Shown here piece by piece: positions 62,363 through 64,000 of a DNA stretch of 64,000 nt. Location: NCBI GenBank assembly GCA_964463915.1, contig CAYXEH010000006.1, positions 8,490 to 72,489 on the forward strand. Direction: 5' to 3'. Below the pieces are notes generated by a model that ran no database searches, had not been told where the DNA came from, and saw only the letters and a program-made list of their open reading frames with translations. This stretch comes from an uncultured Bacteroidales bacterium (GTDB lineage Bacteria; Bacteroidota; Bacteroidia; Bacteroidales; UBA7960). The translations under genes were made by a program, and so were the position numbers. Numbering within the stretch: the first letter of the stretch is position 1; the number at the start of each line of letters is the position of its first letter.

Positions 62363-63991
62363 TTAAAGCGTGATCTCAATCTCCCTGAAACCGGCACATT
62401 CTGACCCGGCCCGTAAAATCAGGGTGCCTCCGCCCTGTACAACCCAGCTTCTTTCATGCGAGCTATGACCCTCCAGGGACCGGATAATCTCAATGGTCTT
62501 GCCACTCATCATCGTCTGGTCATCGGCAAGCTCCACTCCTACCACTGGTTTCTGCACCCACCGCACCCGTTGTCCGATCTGCGAAGTTGCCGGGAAACTG
62601 CCAATATTGGCAATATCTGCTGTAATCCGATACATATTCCTCCCCAGTTGTTCTTTCCTTACATTTAAAATATCCATGCGAGGGCGGAGCCGGGCAATTT
62701 CAGTTATAAAGTCAAAATGATTTTCAGTTAGTGAATCCACCAAATGATAAGGAGGGGTTTTCATGGCAAAAGGGGCAATGCCGCCCACCTCAACTTTTTT
62801 GTCAGGAAAATCCGGGTGCTCAATGGACTCCCAGGGCACAAACACATCCTCTAACCCTTCGCTTTCCGCCCATTGCAGAAAATTAAATTCCTGACTATCA
62901 TAGGAAGATCCATTGTCGGCCATATCGGGCACCCACCATCCGGGAGTACTGAAACTAAAACGGCCATAGTGAAAATAAGCCCATTGGAAAAGATCACCTG
63001 GCGAACCTGCTACTTGTTCCGCATGAGACACATCCACATGAGAATGGTACACATTACTTACCATCTGGTTGACCTTCACATCCTCTTCCAGCCATCCGCT
63101 GATAATACGACCAGAGGCTTTCCGGGGATCGTAAGACTGAGGGTGAGAAAGATTATTGGCTTCCCCGGATTGAATCACGACATATACATTTTTTGCATCG
63201 AAAAGAAAATCGGCAATCGCCCTGGTTTCCTTTTCGGAAACCGCATGCTCACCTGCCCCCCTTTTAAAGGCCGGATAATCATAAGTAAAATTACGATTGA
63301 AGAAAACGCCTTCGTCTCCATCTTCATTCCATTGGCTATCCTGATCCTCATCAATGCCTTCACTCATAATACGGTAATGGCCGCGTTCTCCTTTTTCAGA
63401 ACGTGCCTGCACCATCACACGTTCATCCTCAGGATGCTTCATCCATTCCCCCGTGGGATCTTCCGTACGCATCAGGGTAATCAGTCCGTCTCCGTTCAGG
63501 TCATTGTAAGGGTCTTCACCTGTTCTGCCGTCACGGTCAAGGTCGGAGGGATTCGCATTCCCCAGGCGCTCATAACGTAAAGAGCCGAAATATTGTGCCC
63601 GCGCATCGGGACTCACATCGGGGAAAACATAAAAGGTAACAGAATCGAGTAACTGCTTAACTTCTTCCTGGCCTGAGGCCTCGAGAAGTTGTTCAGCAAA
63701 AGAAACAGCCAGTTCAGTACCAAGAAGGCGGTCTCCGTACCCCCCTCCGATAACTGCAACTGCCGGTCGCTCAGTCACCTCACCGGATCCAATAGAAAGA
63801 ACCCAAACATCCCTATTGCCAGAGGTTTGGGCGAGAGACTCCAGTGAAACCAGTGATGGATACGCATTGACAAGGGCTTCCAGTCTGGCGGTAACCTGGT
63901 TGTGGTTACTGTAGTCCTGATCAGCCCATACCGTGAACGGGACACACAGGAAAACAGCAACAAGATAAATAAAATAACCGTATCGCTTCAT
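62363..63991 (-). CDS. M14-like paralogue apparently lacking the HxxE zinc motif
   Basis: It has the same architecture and insert (DLDRDGRTGEDPYNDLNGDG). The aligned zinc-motif position reads VIGGGYGDRLLGTE. Confidence 0.6.
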   Translation of the reverse strand: MKRYGYFIYLVAVFLCVPFTVWADQDYSNHNQVTARLEALVNAYPSLVSLESLAQTSGNRDVWVLSIGSGEVTERPAVAVIGGGYGDRLLGTELAVSFAEQLLEASGQEEVKQLLDSVTFYVFPDVSPDARAQYFGSLRYERLGNANPSDLDRDGRTGEDPYNDLNGDGLITLMRTEDPTGEWMKHPEDERVMVQARSEKGERGHYRIMSEGIDEDQDSQWNEDGDEGVFFNRNFTYDYPAFKRGAGEHAVSEKETRAIADFLFDAKNVYVVIQSGEANNLSHPQSYDPRKASGRIISGWLEEDVKVNQMVSNVYHSHVDVSHAEQVAGSPGDLFQWAYFHYGRFSFSTPGWWVPDMADNGSSYDSQEFNFLQWAESEGLEDVFVPWESIEHPDFPDKKVEVGGIAPFAMKTPPYHLVDSLTENHFDFITEIARLRPRMDILNVRKEQLGRNMYRITADIANIGSFPATSQIGQRVRWVQKPVVGVELADDQTMMSGKTIEIIRSLEGHSSHERSWVVQGGGTLILRAGSECAGFREIEITL

Positions 63992-64000
63992 AAAAAAGGG

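Overview
This is 64 kb of gene-dense chromosomal DNA, roughly 50% GC by eye. It reads like a core-genome segment of a Bacteroidota (Bacteroidia, Marinilabiliales-like) organism. The pointers are lipoprotein and outer-membrane signal peptides, GH92 plus an MFS transporter, a SPOR protein, M1/M14/M16 peptidases, KorAB-type 2-oxoglutarate:ferredoxin oxidoreductase, and several TAnnTTTG -7 boxes.

I can support about 52 protein genes and 3 tRNAs: two identical tRNA-Glu copies flanking rpsT, and one CAU-anticodon tRNA. I also call 6 intrinsic terminators, a few promoter candidates and several non-coding repeat loci. I saw no transposase, integrase, phage gene, CRISPR-cas or recognisable defence gene.

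Functional blocks, left to right:
- FtsX-type permease (partial), upp, a FemAB-like plus deacetylase-like pair, and radC
- tRNA-Glu / rpsT / tRNA-Glu
- dNK, folK, sppA and an alkaline phosphatase
- modBC-like ABC genes followed by a molybdenum-cofactor cluster (moeB-like, moeA, moaA, an APC permease, moaC, MOSC-MoaB)
- fhs, an M1 aminopeptidase and pabB
- an AAC(3)-like gene, a flippase and an amidohydrolase
- korAB with a divergent ferredoxin
- tatC, pruA, ansA, tatD and the kbl/tdh pair
- dnaX, an M16 pair, yihY, a CPBP protease, dusB and a HAD hydrolase
- GH92 plus MFS
- a MarR regulator with a CoADR-rhodanese-TusA-DsrE fusion
- an M14 pair

Most notable observations:
1. dnaX is interrupted at an A10 run. 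The unshifted frame gives a 372-aa gamma-like protein, and full-length tau needs a -1 shift or a +1A transcript.
2. A dispersed family of GGTTAGTC-linker plus GC-hairpin repeats occurs at 39.3 kb and 52.5 kb, with fragments at 51.6 kb and 57.2 kb. Stem pairing is kept while stem sequence changes.
3. Nine degenerate 21-22-bp tandem units lie between tatC and pruA.
4. A four-domain persulfide-type reductase/sulfurtransferase fusion sits downstream of a Cys-rich MarR.

I did not find a convincing new multi-gene protein system. The undescribed signal I trust most is the non-coding repeat family.
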